Source: Reclinomonas americana ATCC 50394
Lineage: Eukaryota
Length of the DNA stretch: 64,000 nt
NCBI GenBank assembly: GCA_048213135.1
Contig: PS015009.1
Location: 124,001 to 188,000 of the forward strand
Direction of reading: 5' to 3'
Shown here in pieces: positions 9,838-18,699 of this stretch. Both the position numbers and the translations under genes were made by a program. Position 1 is the first letter of the stretch, and the number at the start of each line of letters is the position of its first letter. The notes beneath the pieces were generated by a model. It saw only the letters and a list, made by a program, of their open reading frames with translations. It was not told the origin of the DNA and did no database searches.

Positions 9838-12204
9838 TTATTCAGACATCATCTGCCGTATTACCGCGATGATCTCTTCGGCACTGGGTTTGCTGAAATA
9901 GTCGCCGTCGCTGCCATAAGAAGGCCTGTGTGCTTTGGCGGTGATGGTCCGGGGCGATACATCGAGGTAACGGTAGCCACCCTGTTCTTCCATCACTTTG
10001 TTGAACATATAACCGGCTGCGCCACCCGGCACATCCTCATCCACAAAAACAATGCGGTTGGTCTTGCGCAGCGAGTCCACGATGTGGTGGTTGATATCGA
10101 AAGGCAATAAGGTTTGTACGTCTACCACTTCGCAATCAATACCCAGTGTTGACAGCCGCTCTGCCGCATCCATTACAATGCGCAAAGTGGACCCGTAGCT
10201 TACCACAGTAATGTCGGCTCCTTCGCGGATCGTTTCAGGTATACCTAACGGTACCGTATAAGCGACGAGATTGGAAGGTAATTTTTCCTTGAGGCGGTAG
10301 CCATTCAGGCATTCGATAACCAGGCCGGGATCATTACCCTGCAGCAGGGTGTTGTACATACCGGCGGCCTGTACCATGTTACGTGGTACACAAACATGCA
10401 TACCCCTGAGGGCATTGATGATAACGCCCATGGGCGAACCACTGTGCCAGATGCCTTCGAGTCTGTGTCCGCGGGTACGGACGATCAGCGGGCAACTCTG
10501 CTGTCCCGCTGTGCGGAAATGCGTGGTACACACATCATCGCTCAGGGGCTGGAGCCCGTATAAAAGATAATCGAGGTATTGTATTTCCGCTATGGGACGC
10601 AGTCCGCGTAAAGCCATACCAATACCCTGTCCCATAATGGTGATCTCGCGGATACCGGTATCGAATATGCGCTCTTCGCCATATTTTTCCTGCAAACCGC
10701 TGAAGCCCTGGTTAACGTCGCCGATAAAGCCGAGGTCTTCTCCAAAAGCGGCCACTTTTCCGTTCGTGGCAAAAAGGGAATCGAAATATTTATTCAGCAC
10801 TTCATAACCATTCACAACCGGGGCGTCGTCTGTGTAATAAGGAGCGATCACCGGTACCTTCAGGGCCGATTTGGGGCCTTCGTTGTAGAGATAGGTATTA
10901 TAAGTAGCCGCGTATTTTTCTTTCAACTGATCATAGTAAGCGGATAAGGGTGCGTTCGTTTCCGTATCAAGTACAGTGGCGATGGCTTTCATCACATCGC
11001 GACGAAGCGGTTCACGCAGGCCCTGCAGTTCATTGGCGATCTTTTTCACGGCATCATTTTCACCGGCTGCCGCATGAATCAATGCGGTTGCTTCAGCCAC
11101 CAGTTCTTTTACAGGCTGAATGTATTCGTCCCAGGCTTTCTGTTTGCTTTCCTTTACAAAAACAACAGCATTTGTTTCGATGCCGGAGAGCTGTTCTTCA
11201 TCAGCCAGGCCGTTCTCCAGTATCCACTGGCGCATTTGTTTGAGGCCGTCCCATTCTTTCTCCCAGGCCAGGCGTTCAGGCGTTTTATAACGTTCGTGGC
11301 TGCCCGAAGTGGAATGCCCCTGCGGCTGGGTAATTTCTTCTATATGAAAAATGGCAGGCGTATGTGTATCCCTTATTTTTTGCAGCGCCGGTTCCAGCAC
11401 TTCACACATACCGGCGTAGTCCCATCCTTTTAATTGGTAAATATCGAGTCCGTTGGTGCCTTCTTCTTTCTGAAAACCTTTCAGCACTTCGGATATGGAG
11501 CCTTTCGTGGTCTGGTAGTCTTTTGGTACGGAGATGCCGTAACCATTATCCCATACGAATATGGCCAGTGGCACCTGCAATACGCCGGCGGCGTTAACGG
11601 TTTCCCAGAAGTGGCCTTCACTGGTAGACGCGTCGCCGATGGTACAGAAACAGATCTCATTACCATTATCGCTGAGGTTGTGCAGTTGGTGGAGTTCTTT
11701 TACCTGCCTGAACATACGGGAGGCGAAAGCCAGCCCGAGTGCACGGGGCATTTGCCCTGCAGTAGGTGCTATATCGCTGCTCACGTTGCGTAATTGGGCC
11801 AATGGAAGCCAGTCGCCGTTAGCATCCACCATTGGGGTGGCAAAGTGCGCATTCATCTGGCGGCCGGCGCTGAAAGGATCGTGGGCCGGGTTGGGATCGG
11901 CATACAACTGGGCAAAGAACTGCTGTACTGTGGCCAGTCCGCTGGCGAACATAAAGGTCTGGTCGCGGTAATATCCCGAACGGAAATCACCCGGTTTGAA
12001 AAACCTGGCCATGGCCACCTGGGCCACTTCCTTACCATCCCCGAATATGCCGAATTTGGCTTTGCCCGTGAGTACTTCCTTACGGCCCAAAAGGCTGGTT
12101 TCCCGGCTTTCGCAGGCTACCTGGTAATCTTTAAGCACCTGTTCCCTGAATGTGTCAAAACTCAGTTTCTCATCCAGGACGCTATCGTTATTGAGGTTAT
12201 CCAT
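9838..12204 (-). CDS. 2-oxoacid (probably branched-chain) dehydrogenase E1, fused alpha+beta subunits
   Basis: TPP motif GDASTSEG...WDN, GHSTS and transketolase-type C-terminal domains; the fusion is typical of Bacteroidota. Confidence 0.9.
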   Translation of the reverse strand: MDNLNNDSVLDEKLSFDTFREQVLKDYQVACESRETSLLGRKEVLTGKAKFGIFGDGKEVAQVAMARFFKPGDFRSGYYRDQTFMFASGLATVQQFFAQLYADPNPAHDPFSAGRQMNAHFATPMVDANGDWLPLAQLRNVSSDIAPTAGQMPRALGLAFASRMFRQVKELHQLHNLSDNGNEICFCTIGDASTSEGHFWETVNAAGVLQVPLAIFVWDNGYGISVPKDYQTTKGSISEVLKGFQKEEGTNGLDIYQLKGWDYAGMCEVLEPALQKIRDTHTPAIFHIEEITQPQGHSTSGSHERYKTPERLAWEKEWDGLKQMRQWILENGLADEEQLSGIETNAVVFVKESKQKAWDEYIQPVKELVAEATALIHAAAGENDAVKKIANELQGLREPLRRDVMKAIATVLDTETNAPLSAYYDQLKEKYAATYNTYLYNEGPKSALKVPVIAPYYTDDAPVVNGYEVLNKYFDSLFATNGKVAAFGEDLGFIGDVNQGFSGLQEKYGEERIFDTGIREITIMGQGIGMALRGLRPIAEIQYLDYLLYGLQPLSDDVCTTHFRTAGQQSCPLIVRTRGHRLEGIWHSGSPMGVIINALRGMHVCVPRNMVQAAGMYNTLLQGNDPGLVIECLNGYRLKEKLPSNLVAYTVPLGIPETIREGADITVVSYGSTLRIVMDAAERLSTLGIDCEVVDVQTLLPFDINHHIVDSLRKTNRIVFVDEDVPGGAAGYMFNKVMEEQGGYRYLDVSPRTITAKAHRPSYGSDGDYFSKPSAEEIIAVIRQMMSE

Positions 12205-12333
12205 AAAGCAATTATGATGTACTGCAAAAGTATAGATTCTGCGGGGAGCTTTGTTAAAAATCTGCTAACGGGGCGGCAATTTAAAGCAGTTAGGGGCGTT
12301 TTAGTATCTTTAACCTACAATCAAAACCATCAA

Positions 12334-12843
12334 ATGAAAAAAATAATTACACTCGTTTCTGCTACCCTTATCGTGGTAAGCATGAATGCCCAGACCGGCA
12401 GTAAAGCCGCTCCGCAGACAGCTGCTGTTACCAATGATGTGAAAACTGCTCCTGTGGCTACAGAAGCTGCGATCGTTGCCCCTGAAGAAGCACTTAGCCT
12501 CAAGGAAATGGAATTCAACTTCGGTAAAATTCCACAGGGCAAACCGGTAACCCACATTTTTGAAGTAACCAACAAAAGCGCTGTTGCCCTGAAAATCTCG
12601 AATGTACAGGCCAGCTGCGGTTGCACAACTCCTGAATGGGAAAGGGAAAAAACAGTTGCTCCCGGCGAAAGCACCAAGATCACTGTTGGCTACAATGCCG
12701 CTGCTGAAGGTCCGTTCACCAAACAGATCACCATCACTTATAATGGTTCTGCTCCTAAAGTAATTACCATTAAAGGTGAAGTGTGGAAAACACCAGCCGC
12801 CTCTGCTCCTGAGAACAAAGGCCTGAATGACCTGAAAAACTAA
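12334..12843 (+). CDS. DUF1573 (Ig-like) exported protein
   Basis: Start re-assigned to ATG 12334 (MKKIITLV signal peptide); NFGKIPQG, ASCGCT and GPFTKQITI motifs. Confidence 0.85.
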   Translation: MKKIITLVSATLIVVSMNAQTGSKAAPQTAAVTNDVKTAPVATEAAIVAPEEALSLKEMEFNFGKIPQGKPVTHIFEVTNKSAVALKISNVQASCGCTTPEWEREKTVAPGESTKITVGYNAAAEGPFTKQITITYNGSAPKVITIKGEVWKTPAASAPENKGLNDLKN

Positions 12844-12878
12844 GTTCATCCATCAACTATTATAAAACAGGAATAACA

Positions 12879-13403
12879 ATGAAAAAATTGATTTTATCCG
12901 TTGCCGCTTTTACTTTTTCCGCGGCTTTATTTGCCCAGAAAACGGCAGCTGATGTAGCCAAATTCACTACAGAGACTGTTGATCTGGGAAAAATTAAACA
13001 AGGCGTCCCGGCTACCGCCACTTTCACCGTAACCAACATCAGCAAGGAACCCCTGATCATTGACCAGGCCAATCCTACCTGCGGTTGCACCGTGAGTGAC
13101 TACACCAAATCGCCTATTGCTCCCGGCAAAACAGGTTTCATCACCGCTACTTACAATGCAGCTGGTGTAAGCCATTTCGACAAACACCTGACCGTTAAGT
13201 TCGCCGGTGTTGACGAAGTAAAAAGCATCACCATTACCGGGGATGTACTGGCCGCTGAAGACTATGACAAGTGGGTACAGGAAAACAAGAAAAAACCGGA
13301 TGTAGCCGTTACCCCGGCCCCGGCAAAAACCTCTCCTGCAGGCGCTAAAGCCAAACCAGCTACAAAAACAACTGCCAAACTGAGCACTGCTAAAAGCAAC
13401 TAA
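12879..13403 (+). CDS. DUF1573 (Ig-like) exported protein, tandem paralogue
   Basis: Signal peptide, DLGKIKQG, PTCGCT, PIAPGKTG; Lys/Ala/Pro-rich tail. Confidence 0.87.
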   Translation: MKKLILSVAAFTFSAALFAQKTAADVAKFTTETVDLGKIKQGVPATATFTVTNISKEPLIIDQANPTCGCTVSDYTKSPIAPGKTGFITATYNAAGVSHFDKHLTVKFAGVDEVKSITITGDVLAAEDYDKWVQENKKKPDVAVTPAPAKTSPAGAKAKPATKTTAKLSTAKSN

Positions 13404-13419
13404 TCAGTTTAAACAGATA

Positions 13420-13456
13420 AATAAAAAAGGCTTCCTTCCCGGAAGCCTTTTTTATT
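13420..13456 (+). terminator. Intrinsic terminator of DUF1573 pair
   Basis: AATAAAAAAGGCTTCC-TTCCC-GGAAGCCTTTTTTATT. Confidence 0.85.
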
Positions 13457-13758
13457 GCTTTTATTTCCGTTTTATCCACATTTAAGGGGAAAACATAATA
13501 TTCTGCGCCGGAACATATAATAAAGTTCATAAAACGGCGTTAATAGGGAGAACCTCTGAATGTGAAACCACAAATCCAAGACTATGACAATAGGCTTACG
13601 TAAAGTTATTACCTGCCCTGGTACCTTTTTCACCCGCATTTTACAGGCTTCCGGCCATTATCAAACTTCCTGAACATACATATTACCAATCCTGATCTCA
13701 AAAGTCGTGCGCTAACAACTAAAGATTTTTGTTTTTATGGATTGTTTGGATAACAGAG

Positions 13759-13783
13759 GCCCTGCCATTTTTGGCGGGGCTTT
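13759..13783. terminator. Hairpin/terminator (aquaporin 3' end, or end of a putative plus-strand small transcript)
   Basis: GCCCTGCCA-TTTT-TGGCGGGGC-TTT. Confidence 0.6.
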
Positions 13784-13825
13784 CCGTTTTCTATCGAATA
13801 AGGACTATTGAAGATTTACTATTAT

Positions 13826-14512
13826 TTATGCGGCCTGTTTATCTTCTCCTGATGCTTTCCACAACAAAGCGGCCAGCACAGCGCCCAGGATAGGAGCCAC
13901 AACAAACAGCCACAGCTGCGTTAAAGCCTTACCTCCCGCAAATACCGCCGGGCCAAAACTACGGGCAGGGTTAACCGAAGTACCGGTAATAGGGATGGCC
14001 ACCAGGTGAATAAGCACCAGTGTAACGCCTATTGCCAGTCCGGCCATAGTACTGTTGCCATACTTAGAGGTAACGTGGAAGATAACATACAGGAAAAGGA
14101 AAGTAAATACCGTTTCGGCGATAAAGGCAGCCGTGGTGTTGTAACCACCCAGGTATCCCTCTCCCCAGCCATTGGAGCCCAGGGCCCACTCCTTCATTAC
14201 AAAGCCGGGAGCGCCGCCTGCCAGCAGGTACAGGATGCCCGCGCCGGCTACCGCCCCCGCCAGTTGGGCAACGATATAACCAGCGGCATCTTTACCGTTG
14301 ATCTTACCCGCTACCAGCATGGCCAGGGTAATGGCCGGGTTAATATGACAGCCCGAAATACCGCCGATGGCATAGGCCATTACCACAACGGTAAGCCCGA
14401 AAGCCAGGGCTATAGCCAGCAGGCCCGCTTCAGGCCCTGAAATAACCGCGGTACCGCACCCGAAAAGAACGAGGGAAGCCGTACCGGTGAATTCGCATAG
14501 ATACTTTTTCAT
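13826..14512 (-). CDS. aqpZ: Aquaporin (MIP family, AqpZ-like)
   Basis: Two NPA motifs (SGCHINPA, TSVNPARS); start re-assigned to MKKYLCEF at 14512. Confidence 0.88.
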   Translation of the reverse strand: MKKYLCEFTGTASLVLFGCGTAVISGPEAGLLAIALAFGLTVVVMAYAIGGISGCHINPAITLAMLVAGKINGKDAAGYIVAQLAGAVAGAGILYLLAGGAPGFVMKEWALGSNGWGEGYLGGYNTTAAFIAETVFTFLFLYVIFHVTSKYGNSTMAGLAIGVTLVLIHLVAIPITGTSVNPARSFGPAVFAGGKALTQLWLFVVAPILGAVLAALLWKASGEDKQAA

Positions 14513-14625
14513 ATTTATGATTGGTTTTAGTTGTACAATCAGGAGACTATTCAGGCAGAGAAAAGGATACAATAAAGGGCGCCTTTTTTCAGAACACTTA
14601 TCTTTGCATTCTCAAACCCATCAAC

Positions 14626-15099
14626 ATGAGTATCAGCATCGGCAGCAAGGCACCGGAATTCAGTTTATTCGACACCGGCAAAAACAAGATAAATCTTTCC
14701 GATTACAAAGGCAAGACTGTATTGTTACTGTTTTTTCCCCAGGCGTTCACCAGCACCTGCACAAAGGAACTCTGCGCCATCAGGGATGACATTGCCCGGT
14801 ACAACAATGCCAATGCCGTGGTTTTTGGCATTTCCGTAGATTCTGTATTTACACTGAACAAGTTCAAAGAAGAACAGCAGTACAATTTTCCTCTGCTGAG
14901 CGACTTCAACAAAACGGCTTCGGCGGCTTATGATTCGCTGTACCAGGACTGGATACTGGAGATGAAAGGCGTGAGTAAGCGCTCGGCTTTCATTATCGAT
15001 AAGGACGGGATCATCCGTTATGCCGAAATACTGGAGAATGCCGGGGAGGTTCCTGATTTTGAAGCCATTAACCGGGAACTGGAGGTCTTAACAGCCTGA
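14626..15099 (+). CDS. Peroxiredoxin (AhpC/TSA, AhpE/BCP-like)
   Basis: PxxxTxxC motif FFPQAFTSTCTKELC, GISVDS, LLSDF, RSAFIID; start re-assigned to 14626, with a TATCTTTG box at 14599-14606. Confidence 0.9.
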   Translation: MSISIGSKAPEFSLFDTGKNKINLSDYKGKTVLLLFFPQAFTSTCTKELCAIRDDIARYNNANAVVFGISVDSVFTLNKFKEEQQYNFPLLSDFNKTASAAYDSLYQDWILEMKGVSKRSAFIIDKDGIIRYAEILENAGEVPDFEAINRELEVLTA

Positions 15100-15197
15100 T
15101 AACCGTTCAAACCCGCTTTTGGCCTCTTATTTGTCCTATTGGAAGGTATAAAATATTGAATTTGGGTTATTTGACAGATTTTCCTATTTTTACTTAG

Positions 15198-15536
15198 TTG
15201 AAATATATTGTTTACATATTCATTTTTATTATTGGATTAACTTTTACTTCTTCTGCACAAAATAAGCCTGCCGGTTCCGGAGAACAGGCCAAGTTGTTAA
15301 AGTCCTATCCAATACCAGCAACCACGGTGATCACTTTCGAGTTTCAGCGTGGGTTCGACAGGTCGTATACCTTACAGATCTATAATTTCCCCGGGAAAAA
15401 AGTTTACGAAGCCAACACCGCCTATCCCAAAATAACCGTTAGCCTGGATGAATACTATCGCGGTGTGTATTACTACAAGCTGCTTGATAAAGAAGGCCGC
15501 ACTATTGAATCAGGCAGGTTCCTCGTTGTGAAGTAA
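15198..15536 (+). CDS. Small T9SS type A sorting-domain protein
   Basis: Signal peptide followed almost directly by a CTD-like segment (YPIPA...GVYYYKL...GRFLVVK); TTG start. Confidence 0.75.
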   Translation: MKYIVYIFIFIIGLTFTSSAQNKPAGSGEQAKLLKSYPIPATTVITFEFQRGFDRSYTLQIYNFPGKKVYEANTAYPKITVSLDEYYRGVYYYKLLDKEGRTIESGRFLVVK

Positions 15537-15556
15537 TTCTTCATTCTTTCATTTTC

Positions 15557-16738
15557 TTACAGCACCTGCACGACCAGGAATTTCAGGTAATGTGTATTTT
15601 CCTGTCCGTGTATGATGGGATGATCTGCCGATTGCGCATTGAACATCACCCGCCTGATCTTTCTTTTGGCATCGTATGCGGCATGCTGCACCACATCAAG
15701 AAATTGCTCCGGCTGCACCAGGTTGGTACAGCTTGAGGTAACCAGGAAACCGCCGGGTTTCACCAGTTTCATGCCCCGCAGGTTGATCTCTTTGTAACCC
15801 GCCAGCGCTTTGCCAATGGTCGCCCTGCTCTTGGTAAAAGAAGGCGGATCCAGCATCACCACATCCCATTGCTTATCTTCCTTCGTCCAGTTTTTCAGCA
15901 CATCAAAAGCGTTCACACATTCAAAACGGCACACGTTCTCCAGCCCGTTGAGTGCGGCGTTGCGGTTACACATATCCACTGCTGCCTGGGAAATATCCAG
16001 CCCCAGTACCGATCGGGCGCCATAAAAACCGGCACTGATCTCGAATGAACCGGTATAACAAAATGCACCCAGCACATCCGCGTCTTTTACAATATGGCGT
16101 ATCGCCTGCCTGTTGTCCTGCTGATCTAGAAAATAGCCCGTCTTTTGCCCGTTGGCGATATCAACATGGAAGCGGATACCATTTTCATTGATGATGATAT
16201 TGGTGTCGAATGGAGCTGACAAAAAGCCTTTCTGCTGCTGCAGTCCTTCCAGTTCACGCACAGGCACATCATTGCGCTCGTATATGCCTTTGGGAGAGAA
16301 CAGCTCTTCCAGCGCCTTCACGATTTCAGCCTTCCACATATCTATCCCCAGCGCCAGGGTCTGTATCACGAAATAGTCGTTGAATTTGTCGATGATCAGT
16401 TGCGGCAGGTCATCGGCCTCGCCGAAAATAAGCCGGCAATTTTCCGTGTAACCCAGTTTTTGCCGGTAAGCCCAGGCCTGGCTGATGCGGTTGCGGAAAA
16501 AATCAGCGTTGATGTTATCCTCCTTATTGCGGGTAAGCAGGCGGACAGATATCTGCGATTGCGGGTTATAATACCCCTTGCCTATGAATTTTTTATCAAA
16601 AGTGAACACTTCCACGATCTCCCCGGGTTTTGCCGCGGTGTCTTTTTCATGGCCCGGATTAACCTCGTTCGCAAATATCCAGGGGTGGCCATTCTCTACC
16701 CGGCGGCTGATCTTCTTGTTCAGTACAATACTTTTCAT
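15557..16738 (-). CDS. Class I SAM-dependent rRNA methyltransferase (RlmI/RlmK-like)
   Basis: PUA-like GHPWIF, GQKTGYFLDQ, FCYTGSF and LDPPSF motifs; start re-assigned to MKSIVLNKK at 16738. Confidence 0.9.
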   Translation of the reverse strand: MKSIVLNKKISRRVENGHPWIFANEVNPGHEKDTAAKPGEIVEVFTFDKKFIGKGYYNPQSQISVRLLTRNKEDNINADFFRNRISQAWAYRQKLGYTENCRLIFGEADDLPQLIIDKFNDYFVIQTLALGIDMWKAEIVKALEELFSPKGIYERNDVPVRELEGLQQQKGFLSAPFDTNIIINENGIRFHVDIANGQKTGYFLDQQDNRQAIRHIVKDADVLGAFCYTGSFEISAGFYGARSVLGLDISQAAVDMCNRNAALNGLENVCRFECVNAFDVLKNWTKEDKQWDVVMLDPPSFTKSRATIGKALAGYKEINLRGMKLVKPGGFLVTSSCTNLVQPEQFLDVVQHAAYDAKRKIRRVMFNAQSADHPIIHGQENTHYLKFLVVQVL

Positions 16739-16874
16739 GCCGCAAAGGTAGCTTTTAGGGGGTGAAACACTCAAAATGACCCTTACCGGGTGGCAGGTTT
16801 GCCATTTTGACCGCAAATGAGGGTTGGCAAAATGTTTGACTGTTGTACCTTTGCAAACAATTTTACATACAGCA

Positions 16875-17423
16875 ATGGAAGAAAAAGAAATCATACCCGA
16901 ACAGAACGAAACGCTCAATATCAATGCCGATGCCGACGTACCCGGCAATACCCACCTGAGCAACGAAGGTGCGGAAGACGTGGTGGAGAAGCTGCAGAAC
17001 GAGCTTGATGAGCAGAGAGACAAGTACCTGCGCCTGGTAGCGGAGTTCGATAATTTCAAAAGGCGTACGGCCAAAGAAAGGATCGACCTGATACAAACTG
17101 CCGGTAAGGACGTGATCGTTTCCCTGCTGGAAGTGGTGGACGACTGCGACCGTGCCGAAAAACAACTGGACCAGAGCGATGACCTGGCCAACAGCAAGGA
17201 AGGCATCAGGCTCGTATTCAGCAAACTGCGCAGTTCCCTGCAGGCAAAGGGACTTAAGGCCATGGAAAGCATCAATACGCCTTTTGACGTGGAGAAACAC
17301 GAAGCCATTACAGAAATACCCGCCGGGGAAGGAATGGCAGGTAAAGTAGTGGATGAGATCGAAAAAGGATATTACCTCAACGACAAGATCATCCGTTTTG
17401 CTAAAGTGGTGGTAGGAAAATAA
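16875..17423 (+). CDS. grpE: Nucleotide exchange factor GrpE
   Basis: YLRLVAEFDNFKRR, FDVEKHEA, KGYYLNDKIIRFAKVVV; start re-assigned to 16875. Confidence 0.96.
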   Translation: MEEKEIIPEQNETLNINADADVPGNTHLSNEGAEDVVEKLQNELDEQRDKYLRLVAEFDNFKRRTAKERIDLIQTAGKDVIVSLLEVVDDCDRAEKQLDQSDDLANSKEGIRLVFSKLRSSLQAKGLKAMESINTPFDVEKHEAITEIPAGEGMAGKVVDEIEKGYYLNDKIIRFAKVVVGK

Positions 17424-17529
17424 TGGACAAATTTGCGAATAGGCGAATAAATAGCCTTGCAAAAGAAAGAACGTTTTCAAATCACTGCAACTTGTCCCGA
17501 CCGAAGAAGGGATTCAAACTTTCAATTGA

Positions 17530-18699
17530 ATGAAAAGAGATTATTACGAAATACTGGGCATCACCAAATCTGCGTCGCAGGACGAGATCAAGAAAGCCTA
17601 TCGTAAGGTGGCCATGCAGTACCACCCCGACCGTAATCCCGGCGACAAGGCCGCGGAAGAAAAATTCAAGGAAGCGGCGGAGGCTTACGAGATCCTGAGC
17701 GATACTGATAAACGGGCGCAATACGACCGTTTCGGGCACCAGGCATTCGGACCAGGCCGCAGTACCGGCGGGTACAGCGGAGGCGGCGGTATGAATATGG
17801 ATGACATCTTCAGCCAGTTCGGCGACATCTTTGGTGATGAGAGCCCCTTTGGCAGCTTCTTTGGCGGCAGCAGCCGTCGCGGTGGCGGAGGTGGCAGGGC
17901 CAGGGGTACACGTGGCAGTAATCTCCGGGTAAAACTGAAACTTAATTTTGAAGAAATAGCCCGCGGCGCTACCAAGACCATCAAGGTAAAAAAATACGTG
18001 GTGTGTACGACCTGCAGCGGCAGCGGCGCCAAAGACAAGAACAGCGTACAAACCTGCAGCACCTGCGGCGGAAGCGGACAGGTACGCAAAGTACAGAATA
18101 CATTCCTGGGCCAGATGCAAACCGTTACCACCTGTCCTACCTGCAATGGTGAGGGCTCAACGGTAACACATAAATGCGGCGCCTGCAAGGGCGAAGGAAG
18201 GGTATACGGTGAAGAAACCGTTACCATCGACATTCCGGCTGGTGTACAGGAAGGTATGCAGCTGAGCATTTCCGGAAAAGGCAATGCCGGCGAAAGAGGC
18301 GGTTCTCCCGGCGATCTTATCGTACTGATCGAGGAAGAAGCACACCCGCAACTGCACCGCGACGGATTGAACGTAGCTTTTGATCTGCACATCTCCATAC
18401 CCGATGCCATTTTCGGTACACAGGTGGAAGTACCTACTATTGACGGCAGGGCCAAGATTAAGATACCGGCAGGCACACAAAGCGGCAAAATATTCCGCCT
18501 GAAAGGCAAGGGTTTCCCCAGCGTAAACAGCTACGAAAAAGGCGACCAGTTGATACAGGTAAACGTGTGGACACCGCAGCATGTAACCGCCGAAGAAAAG
18601 CAGATGCTGGATAAAATGCAGCAGTCGACCAACTTTGCGCCCAAGCCGGAAAAGACCGATAAATCATTCTTCGATAAAGTGAGGGAAATGTTCAGCTGA
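17530..18699 (+). CDS. dnaJ: Chaperone DnaJ
   Basis: J domain with HPD, G/F-rich region, four CxxCxGxG zinc-finger repeats. Confidence 0.98.
   Translation: MKRDYYEILGITKSASQDEIKKAYRKVAMQYHPDRNPGDKAAEEKFKEAAEAYEILSDTDKRAQYDRFGHQAFGPGRSTGGYSGGGGMNMDDIFSQFGDIFGDESPFGSFFGGSSRRGGGGGRARGTRGSNLRVKLKLNFEEIARGATKTIKVKKYVVCTTCSGSGAKDKNSVQTCSTCGGSGQVRKVQNTFLGQMQTVTTCPTCNGEGSTVTHKCGACKGEGRVYGEETVTIDIPAGVQEGMQLSISGKGNAGERGGSPGDLIVLIEEEAHPQLHRDGLNVAFDLHISIPDAIFGTQVEVPTIDGRAKIKIPAGTQSGKIFRLKGKGFPSVNSYEKGDQLIQVNVWTPQHVTAEEKQMLDKMQQSTNFAPKPEKTDKSFFDKVREMFS

Noticed and set aside
11794-12333. N-terminal extension of the first DUF1573 ORF
   Set aside because: Overlaps the E1 dehydrogenase gene on the opposite strand; the signal peptide starts at 12334.
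13472-13480. Perfect DnaA box TTATCCACA
   Set aside because: Single box, with no cluster or unwinding element seen; not enough for oriC.
16739-17308. 190-aa N-terminal extension of the methyltransferase ORF (15557..17308)
   Set aside because: Antisense shadow of grpE; recognisable sequence begins at MKSIVLNKK, directly after a -7 box.
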